DNA from: a virus
Lineage: Duplodnaviria > Caudoviricetes
DNA: 59,495 nt
IMG/VR virus record: IMGVR_UViG_3300002514_000031
Location: 1 to 59,495 of that record
Strand: one strand, 5' to 3'
Shown: in pieces, positions 38,423-47,375 of the stretch
How the letters are laid out: each line of letters starts with the position of its first letter
How positions within the stretch are numbered: position 1 is the stretch's first letter
Translations under genes and position numbers: made by a program
The notes under the pieces: model-generated
The model's database searches: none
Told to the model about the DNA's origin: nothing
Seen by the model: the letters and a program-made list of their open reading frames with translations, nothing else

Positions 38423-39046
38423 CTACAGAGCAACAACTTTCCCGACAACACGAGCGTTGTCACCATCGACTTCAATGAGGCCGAGGATTTGGCATTCCAA
38501 CATTACGCGTTTTGTATGCCAGACAGCTTCTTTGTCGTTTCCACGGCCTCCGTGCGCCATGTACTCTTCGTTGGTCTTTTCTGCGATCTCGTTGACCGTG
38601 AATTTCTTTTTCTTCAGGTTGGCAATCGCTTCAATGATCAACTTCTGACGTGTTGGTTTCTTCTTCGCAACTTTCTTCGCAGTTTTCTTCGGTTCGGGTT
38701 CCTTTTTCTTTGCTGCTTTTTTCGCTGCCTTCTTCGCAACTTTCTTCGCAACTTTCTTCGCAGTTTTCTTCGGTTCGGGTTCCTTTTTCTTTGCTGCTTT
38801 TTTCGCTGCCTTCTTCTTCACGGGTTTCTTATCTTCTACGATCTCCAAGGCATTGCCTTCGCTGATCGTGATCTCGATGTCCTCCAGATTGGTGCGCTGT
38901 TCTTCATTCAGCTTTTCGAGGTCAGTGTCCTCGCTCTTGGCGAGAACTTTACATTTGTTGGCCAGCTGGGTGTCACTCCATTTGTAGGCCGTTCCATATC
39001 CTAATGCCGTGAAAATTTCAACAACTTCTTTTTTAGTGATAATCAT
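38423..39046 (-). CDS. Histone H1-like Lys/Ala-rich DNA-binding protein
   Basis: KKAAKK/KKVAKK repeats and C-terminal winged-helix-like segment; ATG 39046 with AAGGAG RBS. Confidence 0.7.
   Translation of the reverse strand: MIITKKEVVEIFTALGYGTAYKWSDTQLANKCKVLAKSEDTDLEKLNEEQRTNLEDIEITISEGNALEIVEDKKPVKKKAAKKAAKKKEPEPKKTAKKVAKKVAKKAAKKAAKKKEPEPKKTAKKVAKKKPTRQKLIIEAIANLKKKKFTVNEIAEKTNEEYMAHGGRGNDKEAVWHTKRVMLECQILGLIEVDGDNARVVGKVVAL
38661..38816 (-). repeat. Direct repeat, 81-bp period, encoding KKAAKKAAKKKEPEPKKTAKKVAKK
   Basis: Two identical ~75-bp copies at 38661 and 38742. Confidence 0.9.
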
Positions 39047-39096
39047 TTTTGGTCTCCTTGTGTTAGTGTTTTTGATTGTCACGTTTTTGCTTCCGT

Positions 39097-39108
39097 CTTA
39101 TTATAGAT
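39097..39108 (-). promoter_or_regulatory. Phage promoter motif ATCTATAATAAG
   Basis: Exact 12-mer; the match to the copy at 51626 continues through ACGGAAGCAAAAA. Confidence 0.8.
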
Positions 39109-39146
39109 CAAAAGACTCTCTATCAACCAAACGCTTTATGCTTTTT

Positions 39147-39380
39147 TCAAAAGTTTTTTCGATCTTCCGCCATTTGGAAGATCTCGTTGCAAACTCCTTT
39201 CCATTTACTATTGTTGAAGGCAATGGCTCGGATCTGTTTTGGGGATCTTCCGTTGGACAGATGATCCTCCACGAAATCTTCGAGCGTCCTTTTTTGAACT
39301 TCCTCGGGCGGGGTTTTTCCAATCGCACTTTCGTGTTTTCTTTTCGTTGCGGCTTTTTTGATTTTCAGATCTACTTTCAT
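39147..39380 (-). CDS. Hypothetical protein
   Basis: Preceded by the GAAAGGAAAATCAAA-ATG leader also used by early genes. Confidence 0.65.
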   Translation of the reverse strand: MKVDLKIKKAATKRKHESAIGKTPPEEVQKRTLEDFVEDHLSNGRSPKQIRAIAFNNSKWKGVCNEIFQMAEDRKNF

Positions 39381-39393
39381 TTTGATTTTCCTT

Positions 39394-40788
39394 TCACCAA
39401 CAAGATTTCACGCACATGTTCGCCAGTGACAGGCAGGTCGCTACATGTACGCATCGGGTTTCCACGAACTCATCTTCACGCAACACAACCCAGTTGAGGC
39501 GCATGAGTCCCATTTCTTTTTCTTCCATCGTCTGACAAAGTCCGATCATCCCTGTCACGTGATCGTTCTTCATTCGTGCTTCGCTGAAATTGCTTCGATC
39601 CAAGATGTATGATTTGTAGGCAGCGGCATCCGATTGAGTTGCCGTCAGTACCAAACAATGATACTGCTGACTCAATCCTCGGAGCCTCCGCCATGTGTCT
39701 CCGATCTGATCACGCCGATCCCATCCGCCTTTCTCGCTTTCCAACAGGTCAGCGTAGTCAATCACGATCACGTCAGGCACCCATCCATCTCTACTCCAAC
39801 CCAGAAGGACATCTTTGATTTCTTGAATGGTGAGGTCAGAAGGATGCGCACTCACTCGGAGATAGCTGGTGGTGCTTTTGATTCTTTTTTTCTGGAGACG
39901 TTCGGAGGCTTCTACCACCTGTTGGGTAGTGAGTGGCGTTTTGAATTCACGCAATTCATGTTCCACTTCTGCTGCTGACTCTTCGGGATCTCTGATCAGG
40001 CTGGTTGGGTATTTCACGGTGCGGGCTTTTCGAGGCCACTGGGCAATGCGGGTAGCGAATCGGCGAGTGATCTGCTTGAGGCTCATATCACCTGCCTCAA
40101 AGAAGGCCACACGCCTTCTTTGAAGTGCCGCACGAAAGGCAACATCCAACAACCAGAATGTTTTGCCTCGTTTGCTTGGGCCAAGGAAGGAGATGAACCC
40201 GTCACGGCATAGATCCGTTCCAAAGAACTCTCCGAGTGCGCCAGGATATTTCACCAACGTCTCTTCCGTTTGATTGTCCAAGGAGTTGGCGATGGCTTGT
40301 TCATCTTGAAAGACATCAATCCATTCGTTCTCTCCCAGCTTCACGCTGCTCCATTCGTTGACTCGTTGTTCGGCCTCGGACGCACTGCCCGTGTCGAGAT
40401 CTCCTTGGATCTGTTCGGCAAGTTTTTCCAATCGCACTTTCGTGAAATAGGATCCTGCGATGTCAATCAGATATTCTTCGTTGAGTTCCCGTTCTGCTTC
40501 TTCATAATCATCGCTCAAGTTTGCCAAGAAGGATCCGATCAATTCACCTGCGGCATTTTCGAGATTGCGTGACATCCAGCTCTCGAACAGAGATTGGATT
40601 TGTCCTTGCGGTGCTTCATCGTATTTTTGAAGGTAGTCCACGCACCACGATCCGATAAGGTTACACCACGAGGATCGAAACATGTTACCATCCCAACGGT
40701 TGGCGATGCGTCCGCAGACGGTAGTGCTCACGATCATTCCCGTGAGCAATTGCTTTTCCTGATTGGCCTCAATCTTTTGAATTTTCAT
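39394..40788 (-). CDS. dnaB: Replicative helicase, DnaB-like
   Basis: Walker A GPSKRGKT, IVIDYADL and LTATQ motifs. Confidence 0.88.
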   Translation of the reverse strand: MKIQKIEANQEKQLLTGMIVSTTVCGRIANRWDGNMFRSSWCNLIGSWCVDYLQKYDEAPQGQIQSLFESWMSRNLENAAGELIGSFLANLSDDYEEAERELNEEYLIDIAGSYFTKVRLEKLAEQIQGDLDTGSASEAEQRVNEWSSVKLGENEWIDVFQDEQAIANSLDNQTEETLVKYPGALGEFFGTDLCRDGFISFLGPSKRGKTFWLLDVAFRAALQRRRVAFFEAGDMSLKQITRRFATRIAQWPRKARTVKYPTSLIRDPEESAAEVEHELREFKTPLTTQQVVEASERLQKKRIKSTTSYLRVSAHPSDLTIQEIKDVLLGWSRDGWVPDVIVIDYADLLESEKGGWDRRDQIGDTWRRLRGLSQQYHCLVLTATQSDAAAYKSYILDRSNFSEARMKNDHVTGMIGLCQTMEEKEMGLMRLNWVVLREDEFVETRCVHVATCLSLANMCVKSCW

Positions 40789-41506
40789 ATATCTTCTCCG
40801 CCAGCTGATTGTACAAAGAACCGTTGCCACACCATTCACAACTCCACTTGTGTCCGATTATCCGCCAGTGTGAATGTTTTTCATTCCATGCGTGGCCTAT
40901 CAAATCCCCGTTCCAGTTGTCTCGAGAAACCACGTTGCGATGAACCCATCGCATCCATTGAAGGATCTGGAAGTCAGATGGAGGCAACTTGCTTATCAGA
41001 TACGCTCGGAACCGTTCCAGATGAGGCGGAAGGTCAATCAGGGAGTGGATCCGTTTGATCCACGCCTCATAGCTATCGAGAGACACCTGAATCGTTGCGA
41101 GGATGTGTCCTCTCGAAGAAACAGGCCATTCAAGGGCAGATAGCTGCCTGAGGATCCCTTGTGGCTTACATTTGGGATTCTCCACGTGTAAGAAGTCCTC
41201 GGGATTCTCTCTTTGATAGGCTTGACGGATCCGTGCGAACTTCTCCCGAAATCCTCCCGCCGAATATACATGAGGGATATATTTGTCAGTGATGTTATCG
41301 CAATACCATTTCAGGATCTTTTGAAGATCCTCTTCCTCCACGCCATCTTCGGAGCGCATCAATCTGAACTCCCGCTCCCATCGAGCCAGAGAAATTCCTT
41401 TGGAAATTTTGCCTGCTTGTTTGAGGGAGGAGAAAAGGGTCATGGCATCTTCTCGGGATTGGCTGAACTCTTCTATTGTTTCTGGTTGTATGAATCCTCG
41501 GTTCAT
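40769..41506 (-). CDS. Hypothetical replication protein
   Basis: Between primase and helicase with overlapping junctions; ATG 41506. Confidence 0.55.
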   Translation of the reverse strand: MNRGFIQPETIEEFSQSREDAMTLFSSLKQAGKISKGISLARWEREFRLMRSEDGVEEEDLQKILKWYCDNITDKYIPHVYSAGGFREKFARIRQAYQRENPEDFLHVENPKCKPQGILRQLSALEWPVSSRGHILATIQVSLDSYEAWIKRIHSLIDLPPHLERFRAYLISKLPPSDFQILQWMRWVHRNVVSRDNWNGDLIGHAWNEKHSHWRIIGHKWSCEWCGNGSLYNQLAEKIYENSKD

Positions 41507-42369
41507 TTGAATACGGCCTTTCTGATTTTCTGAATTTCTTTCGGCGATGCTGATCCTGGATCTTCCGCATCTATTTGAATGTTGATTGTCTGACCCGAGA
41601 AGAGACTCAAGCACCTGCATAATTCCATCGCCTCTTTTTGAGCGGGTACAGAATTATCAAAGCACACCGCTCGGACGGGATATTGACTCATCAGTTTGAT
41701 TTGCGAAGGAGTCACGTTCAATCCGAGGGTGGCCACCGCTCCTCTTCCGATCCGCCAAGCGTCAGTCGCACCTTCTACGATAATGACGGCGTGTGCGGCC
41801 AAGTCAGCTCCGTAGAGGAGATGCTTGTGGTTGATGATTTCTTCTTCGGGTGCGGCTGAGATGTAGCGTGGTTTGTTCTTCTCTCCAATCGCTCGGGTTG
41901 TCCACGACACAAATTCAAAATTCTGATAGATCGGAATGAACAAACGCCAAGCCAGCTTCGGAGCAATTCCAATTCCTTTCACTTGCCACACTTCTTCGAT
42001 TTCTTGCGCATCAAATCCTCGTTCTTCCAGATACGTTCGGTGAGCATCCCGCATCAGGCGGATTGGAGCAGGGAATTTCAACGTGCCTCGTTTGTTGATG
42101 GTCTTTGCTATGCGTTTGGGGATCTCTCGAAGGGATTCCAGTGCCTTCGCATAAGGCATTCCCGAGACTACGTGAAGAACATAGGGCAAGTTTTTTCTTC
42201 CGCACTGCCAGCAGTTACATCCCAAGGAGGTTTCATTGATTCCAAGATGAAACTTGCCGCTTCCTCTTCCGCAGTCAGGGCAGTCGATCTGGATCCATCC
42301 TTCTCGGGAGTGCTTGCCTTCAGCTTGGTACGGGATCGAAAGTTTGGTCAGGAGATCGGTGATGTTCAT
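41503..42369 (-). CDS. DNA primase (zinc finger plus TOPRIM)
   Basis: CPDC...CWQC, IVEGATD, ATLG and CFDN motifs. Confidence 0.88.
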   Translation of the reverse strand: MNITDLLTKLSIPYQAEGKHSREGWIQIDCPDCGRGSGKFHLGINETSLGCNCWQCGRKNLPYVLHVVSGMPYAKALESLREIPKRIAKTINKRGTLKFPAPIRLMRDAHRTYLEERGFDAQEIEEVWQVKGIGIAPKLAWRLFIPIYQNFEFVSWTTRAIGEKNKPRYISAAPEEEIINHKHLLYGADLAAHAVIIVEGATDAWRIGRGAVATLGLNVTPSQIKLMSQYPVRAVCFDNSVPAQKEAMELCRCLSLFSGQTINIQIDAEDPGSASPKEIQKIRKAVFK

Positions 42370-42370
42370 T

Positions 42371-43723
42371 TCATTTCTCCTCTAATGAATGGATCAGAGC
42401 ATCATACAAATTGAAATCGTTCTTGACGTTCTTCCCGTCCATCGTGTCAGCAATTACGTTTTGTTTTTTCTGAATCAACTCGCATAGCATTTCTTCTATC
42501 GTTCCTTTGGCTACGATGTAGGTGATCTGGGCAGCGTTCTTTTGTCCGATACGGTGGATGCGATCTTCGGCCTGAGTATGGTTCGCTGGAACCCAATCGA
42601 GTTCCGCAAACAGCACGTTACTCGATGCGGTGAGGGTGATACCCGTTCCTGCGGCAATGACGTTACCAAAAAACAAACGGATCTTTTTTTGGTGCTGGAA
42701 GGAGTTGACTGCTTTCTGTTTGTTGAGCGGTGAGGTACTTCCATCCAACACCACCGAGTTCCTCGGATACAAGTCATGAAGTCCACGCACAACTTTCTTA
42801 TGAACGCCGAACACCACCAGCTTTTCATCCGTCTCTTCTAAGAAGCTGTCAATCCATTTTTTGACGGCCTCCATTTTCAAGTCCATCGCTTTCCTTTTCA
42901 AGTATCCCATTTTGTTCAACACCAGAGCCTTCTTCACTCGGTGAACTTTGGAGGGTTTGTTTTCGTGTAGCCAGCGGAGGAAGTTGTCACGCACTTTTTT
43001 GTACTCGGTCAACTTCACCGATATGGGAACCACGGTGCGGATCTTGTCAGGGAGTTCTTTCAGAACGTCCTTTTTGCGTCTGCGTATCAACATGTGTCGA
43101 TTGAGTCTGGTGTGAAGTTCTTCGAGGTGTTCCGCTCCTTTGTATATCCACTTGCCGTTCTTGAGTTCGGGTTTGCAATAACGGGCAGCGTAGGCAAGGA
43201 AGTCATTGAATACTTCGGGATACAGCAGGTGAATCATCGGCCAAAGTTCGGCAGGACAATTCAACATTGGCGTTCCCGAGATCGCAATGATATGTTTGAA
43301 TCGAGTTGCTAATGCTAGCAGCATCTGCGTTCGTTGAGCGGATCGGTTCTTTGCGTAATGACACTCATCAATGATGAGGGTTTTGAACCCGCCCGTCCGC
43401 AGCTTCTTTCCCCACGCATTCAGGATCTTGTAATTGATAATCGTGATGGGGAGATCAATTTTGATATTTTCTTTTTTGGCGGTCATCCCGTTCAACACTC
43501 GACTGAGCATGCCCGCTTTGGTGGAGGCTTCTTTTTCCCATACCCATTTCAAATGAGCAGGGCACACCACCAAAGCAGGCAAGGCAATCTCGGGATTCTC
43601 TTTCACCCACCATAACGCTTGAAGGGTTTTCCCGAGTCCCATTTCATCGGCCAGCAACGCTCGTCCTTTGAAGTGGGAAATCCATCGCACTCCTTTCTTT
43701 TGATATTTGAAAAGGATGCTCAT
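42371..43723 (-). CDS. SNF2-family helicase (HARP-like)
   Basis: ADEMGLGKT, DECH, SGTP and QAEDRIHRIGQ motifs. Confidence 0.93.
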   Translation of the reverse strand: MSILFKYQKKGVRWISHFKGRALLADEMGLGKTLQALWWVKENPEIALPALVVCPAHLKWVWEKEASTKAGMLSRVLNGMTAKKENIKIDLPITIINYKILNAWGKKLRTGGFKTLIIDECHYAKNRSAQRTQMLLALATRFKHIIAISGTPMLNCPAELWPMIHLLYPEVFNDFLAYAARYCKPELKNGKWIYKGAEHLEELHTRLNRHMLIRRRKKDVLKELPDKIRTVVPISVKLTEYKKVRDNFLRWLHENKPSKVHRVKKALVLNKMGYLKRKAMDLKMEAVKKWIDSFLEETDEKLVVFGVHKKVVRGLHDLYPRNSVVLDGSTSPLNKQKAVNSFQHQKKIRLFFGNVIAAGTGITLTASSNVLFAELDWVPANHTQAEDRIHRIGQKNAAQITYIVAKGTIEEMLCELIQKKQNVIADTMDGKNVKNDFNLYDALIHSLEEK

Positions 43724-44259
43724 TGAAGCACTTCCCGTATTTCATCAACAACAGCTCGGAAGCGATGCGCATTCCATCCTTCTTTTTTGATCGTCTCTTC
43801 TCGCACGGAAGATCTGATGTTTGCAAAAGATCCTCCTTTGCTATCTATGATTGTTTGGATTTCATTTGGCGTATTCAAAACCAAATCCAAAACCGTTTGA
43901 GTGTCTTCACTCACGGCATCATAGACATGCGTCCAAAACTCTCTCGGTTCTTCTGATGCTATTGGATCCAGTTCTCCTCCTCGTTGGAATCGGTTACAAT
44001 ACCGTGCCGCTCTCCGCCACGCATCAAACAAATGCGTTCGAACGTAACTGACCAGAAGAGTAGTGAAGGCGTTTCCATAAGAAGGGTCAAAGGCTTTGTA
44101 TGCTTTTACAAAAGCCAAACACGCTTCCGAGTATAGTTCATCCAGAGATAGAAGGGAGCCGTGTCGCTCGATGAATCGGTGACACATGTCGTGTAGAAGT
44201 TGTTTGACATCTCGGTACGTTTGGTCAAAAGCATCCGTGGTAATGGTTGTACATATCAT
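43720..44259 (-). CDS. Sigma-70 region 2-like phage sigma factor
   Basis: DELYSEACLAFVKAYKAFDPSYGNAFTT pattern. Confidence 0.7.
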   Translation of the reverse strand: MICTTITTDAFDQTYRDVKQLLHDMCHRFIERHGSLLSLDELYSEACLAFVKAYKAFDPSYGNAFTTLLVSYVRTHLFDAWRRAARYCNRFQRGGELDPIASEEPREFWTHVYDAVSEDTQTVLDLVLNTPNEIQTIIDSKGGSFANIRSSVREETIKKEGWNAHRFRAVVDEIREVLQ

Positions 44260-44276
44260 AATCGTCTCCTGTCTTT

Positions 44277-44288
44277 CTTATTATAGAT
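44277..44288 (-). promoter_or_regulatory. Phage promoter motif ATCTATAATAAG
   Basis: Exact 12-mer followed by AGGAG and ATG 44259. Confidence 0.8.
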
Positions 44289-44301
44289 TTGAATTTGTTG
44301 T

Positions 44302-44535
44302 TTATGAAGGTGGGTGCAAAACTGCGGGCGGAAACAATATGGCTTTTTCAGTCACACCCAGAACTCCCGCCAGAAGCTGTACATGCTTCCAGCGTGGACG
44401 GTGTTTGTTTGCTTCCAGTTCTGAAATACAGTTTTGTGAAATGCCTGTCTTCACGGACAGTTCCTGCTGGGTTAGTTTTTTGCGGGTTCTCAGCACCCGC
44501 AGATAGGTTCCTATCAGAAGTGGTTCTTTTTTCAT
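44302..44535 (-). CDS. XRE-family HTH regulator
   Basis: LRVLR...LTQQELSVKTGISQNCISELE....P. Confidence 0.9.
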   Translation of the reverse strand: MKKEPLLIGTYLRVLRTRKKLTQQELSVKTGISQNCISELEANKHRPRWKHVQLLAGVLGVTEKAILFPPAVLHPPS

Positions 44536-44558
44536 TGCGTCTCCTTCGCATTAGGGTT

Positions 44559-44588
44559 TCGAGTATCGATCAAGTCTATGATACTCGA
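44559..44588. promoter_or_regulatory. Inverted repeat upstream of the HTH gene (operator or hairpin)
   Basis: TCGAGTATC-N12-GATACTCGA. Confidence 0.5.
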
Positions 44589-44627
44589 TATACTTTTTCA
44601 TTCCTAATTAAAAATGTAATTGCTTTT

Positions 44628-45578
44628 TTATTGGTTCAGTATGTCCAAGATCGCTTTCACTTTTTCAGCACTCAGAGCGTCTGTAATGGCGAGTCTGTAC
44701 AAAGGGTTGTCTTTTGTCCAACGATATGCCTTGGTCATTCGTCCTACACGGTTTTCAGATTTGAATTCACCAGCATCACCTTTGTAGATCTCCAACGCTT
44801 CGTCCACTCTTCTTTTTTGACCTCGGGAGCCATGATGGTAGTCCCATGTGTCATATCCTTTTTCAAACTTCCCGTTCAGAGGAGTCTCATGAAGCAGCTC
44901 GAAGGCTCCAACACGAAAGTCTTCAGCAATAGTTTCCTGTTGTTTGGCTCGGTTCAGTTTCCCTTCCCGTCTTGCCAACCATTCCAAAATCACTTCTTTG
45001 ATTTTCTTAGCGTTGGTGGTTCCATCTTTCTTGATGATGTACTTGCGTGACGGACGATCTTCAATCAAAGCGTAACTGGCAGAAAGTTCAATGCGAAGTT
45101 CGGCTGGCCTTCTGCTCCATACGTCTCCAGGATATACCAACGTGGCCGCAATGGATACTACGTTGTTGGGGAATTTGATCATTGTTTCTTCTCCGTAGGA
45201 TGCGGTGTCTCCCAACTCGAAATCCACATCATCAAACTTCGGATCCTTTTTCATGGAGGAGTACACATGCTTGATTGCTTTCCGAACTTTGGCATTGATC
45301 TGTTCTTCGATTTGCTTTGCTTTTTCTTCTTCCTTCACAACGCTCGGCATTACAACTTCGCAAAGATCTTTGTTGCGTTCCATCATCGCTTCATGAGTTT
45401 GTTTCTGCGATTCTATATGCTCTTGGAATTTCACTTTGATGCTTTCCAAAGTTGTTTTGCTCAGGAGCATTTTTGTTTCTTCGATCTCCTTTCTCAGTTC
45501 GTGCATCTTCGTATTGTTTGTTTGGATTTGTTCTTCAACTGATTTTACGCTCGTGTAATTTCTGTCATTGTATTTCAT
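44628..45578 (-). CDS. Hypothetical protein with N-terminal coiled coil
   Basis: 316 aa ORF with AAGGA RBS. Confidence 0.7.
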   Translation of the reverse strand: MKYNDRNYTSVKSVEEQIQTNNTKMHELRKEIEETKMLLSKTTLESIKVKFQEHIESQKQTHEAMMERNKDLCEVVMPSVVKEEEKAKQIEEQINAKVRKAIKHVYSSMKKDPKFDDVDFELGDTASYGEETMIKFPNNVVSIAATLVYPGDVWSRRPAELRIELSASYALIEDRPSRKYIIKKDGTTNAKKIKEVILEWLARREGKLNRAKQQETIAEDFRVGAFELLHETPLNGKFEKGYDTWDYHHGSRGQKRRVDEALEIYKGDAGEFKSENRVGRMTKAYRWTKDNPLYRLAITDALSAEKVKAILDILNQ

Positions 45579-45630
45579 GATTCTTTTCCTTTCATAGTAG
45601 TTTGCAATTTCATTTCCATTTCAAAGTGTT

Positions 45631-45810
45631 TCAGATTTTCTTTTCCCAATGGGCAATTTGTTTTTTCAGGCCTCGGATCTTCCGTGCTCGGAAGGATTTC
45701 ATACCAACACTCGAGTCTGGACGATCCTCACATAGCACAAACTCCTCTTCCCATTCTCTCAATTCAGTTTCCAACCGCTCGATTATCTCTTGGGGTTCAT
45801 ATATTTTCAT
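45631..45810 (-). CDS. Small protein, 59 aa (not in ORF track)
   Basis: MKIYEPQEIIERLETELREWEEE...; conserved GAAAGGAAAATCAAA leader. Confidence 0.65.
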   Translation of the reverse strand: MKIYEPQEIIERLETELREWEEEFVLCEDRPDSSVGMKSFRARKIRGLKKQIAHWEKKI

Positions 45811-45941
45811 TTTGATTTTCCTTTCTTGATGTTTTCTTTTTTCATTCTTCGGGCAACTTCTTTTTCTCTTTCAATTTCTTCTCGCACATGTCGTGCTACC
45901 ATACTCGTTTGGATTTCTTTTTGCTTCTTGGTGAGTTTCAT
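45807..45941 (-). CDS. Small basic protein, 44 aa (not in ORF track)
   Basis: MKLTKKQKEIQTSMVARHVREE...; AGGAG RBS; ATGA overlap with next gene. Confidence 0.55.
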   Translation of the reverse strand: MKLTKKQKEIQTSMVARHVREEIEREKEVARRMKKENIKKGKSK

Positions 45942-45955
45942 TTTCGTCTCCTATC

Positions 45956-45991
45956 ATATGGGCTGGACTCCCGAAGAAGCCCAGCCCATAT
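45956..45991 (-). promoter_or_regulatory. cUUCGg-capped RNA hairpin
   Basis: Minus strand ATATGGGCTGGGCTTC-TTCG-GGAGTCCAGCCCATAT; no U tract. Confidence 0.65.
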
Positions 45992-45995
45992 CGTT

Positions 45996-47297
45996 TCATT
46001 TCATTTCCACTATGTCTCCAAAGGGAACCTTCGGAAGTTCGTGACGCCACGGGCAGGGAGTCGCAACCCACAGCGTTGGATAGTCAGGCTCCTCTTCAGG
46101 AAAGCGTCCATCCAAGTCCGTCAGATATATCAAACACGCTGGTTCAATATCTTCCTTCTCAATCCATTCAAACACGGGAGTGAATCGAGTTCCACCGCCA
46201 CCAATCGGTTTCGGTTCAATCGGCATATCCGCTCGGGTGAAAGTCTCGGTTCCTCGGACTTCATAATCACAATACACAACTCGCACTGTCGTGTCATAAT
46301 GTTCGAGGATGGAGGAGGCTTCCTTCGCAAACTTGCTCAGCGTCTGCGTGTCAACCGATCCGCTGGTATCAATCGCCAGCACGATCTCGGGCAACTCCTC
46401 GCTAACCAAACTCGGAAGAACCAACCCACGTCCAATGTAACGCTTGGATGGTCTGTTCCAGTTGTAGTCATTGCGTGCGGTATTCTCAACGAAGTCTCGC
46501 AACAAAACGTCCCATGAGGTTTCGGGATTCACGATCTCATCAACCATTCGTTTGAGATCTCCCTGACCCGATCCGATTTGTCGAGAGGCTTGAGAAGTGG
46601 CTACACGCCATTCATCTTTCAGCTCTTCGATTGCTTCTTTGGAGAAGTCATCGCCAACTTCGGGATCTTCTACACCACCGCATCCGCCAGGATCCATTGT
46701 ATCACCTTCTGCGGAGCCATCTTGACCTTCGGTGGCCTCGGAGCCATCTTCAGATCCTTCGTTGGTCTCGGAGCCATTCTCATCGCTCTCATCGCTCTCA
46801 TCGCTCTCGTTGTCTCGGTCATCGGAGGATCCTGCCTGACCTTCATTGTCCTCTTCGTTCTCATCGGTATCGTCTTTGTCTTCATCAGCGTCAGGTTTCG
46901 GATTGGTATTGCTCAACCTCTCATACCATTCTTCCGCACTCAACAGCTCATCCGTCATCAACGCTCCCTTCGGGAGTTTGAATCCTGCTTTGATCAGGAT
47001 CGGGTTGATGGAGTAGTCACACGCTTGATTCCACAGCTTCATATCTCGGTTCCCACGTCTCCAGAAGTGACCGTTGCTACAGTGCATAACCTCGTGAGCG
47101 TAGCATCCCATGAGTTCGGGATCAGGCTGCGCATCAACAAATGAAGGACTCCATCTGATTCTCTTCCCGTCCACCATCGCCGTTCCAGCTTTCTCATCCA
47201 GTACATTTGCGAGCTTCATCGACAACGTGCCGAAGAAGCTATGATCAAGCACCAGATGCGTCCGTGCCTTCGTGATTCTTTTCATTATGTTTTCCAT
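45996..47297 (-). CDS. DUF2201-like metallopeptidase plus VWA domain protein
   Basis: HEVMH, acidic linker, MIDAS IDTSGS, GGGGT and YLTD motifs. Confidence 0.88.
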   Translation of the reverse strand: MENIMKRITKARTHLVLDHSFFGTLSMKLANVLDEKAGTAMVDGKRIRWSPSFVDAQPDPELMGCYAHEVMHCSNGHFWRRGNRDMKLWNQACDYSINPILIKAGFKLPKGALMTDELLSAEEWYERLSNTNPKPDADEDKDDTDENEEDNEGQAGSSDDRDNESDESDESDENGSETNEGSEDGSEATEGQDGSAEGDTMDPGGCGGVEDPEVGDDFSKEAIEELKDEWRVATSQASRQIGSGQGDLKRMVDEIVNPETSWDVLLRDFVENTARNDYNWNRPSKRYIGRGLVLPSLVSEELPEIVLAIDTSGSVDTQTLSKFAKEASSILEHYDTTVRVVYCDYEVRGTETFTRADMPIEPKPIGGGGTRFTPVFEWIEKEDIEPACLIYLTDLDGRFPEEEPDYPTLWVATPCPWRHELPKVPFGDIVEMK

Positions 47298-47375
47298 TGT
47301 ACTATCCTTTCCAGTTAGGTTTTCAATTCACGGTTCATCGCAATCCTCCCCGTGGGGAGGAGAGCGGCAAATCAT

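Noticed and set aside
44302-44535. XRE gene as evidence of a prophage or temperate lifestyle
   Set aside because: No integrase, partition genes, divergent repressor pair or host genes are recognisable in the window.
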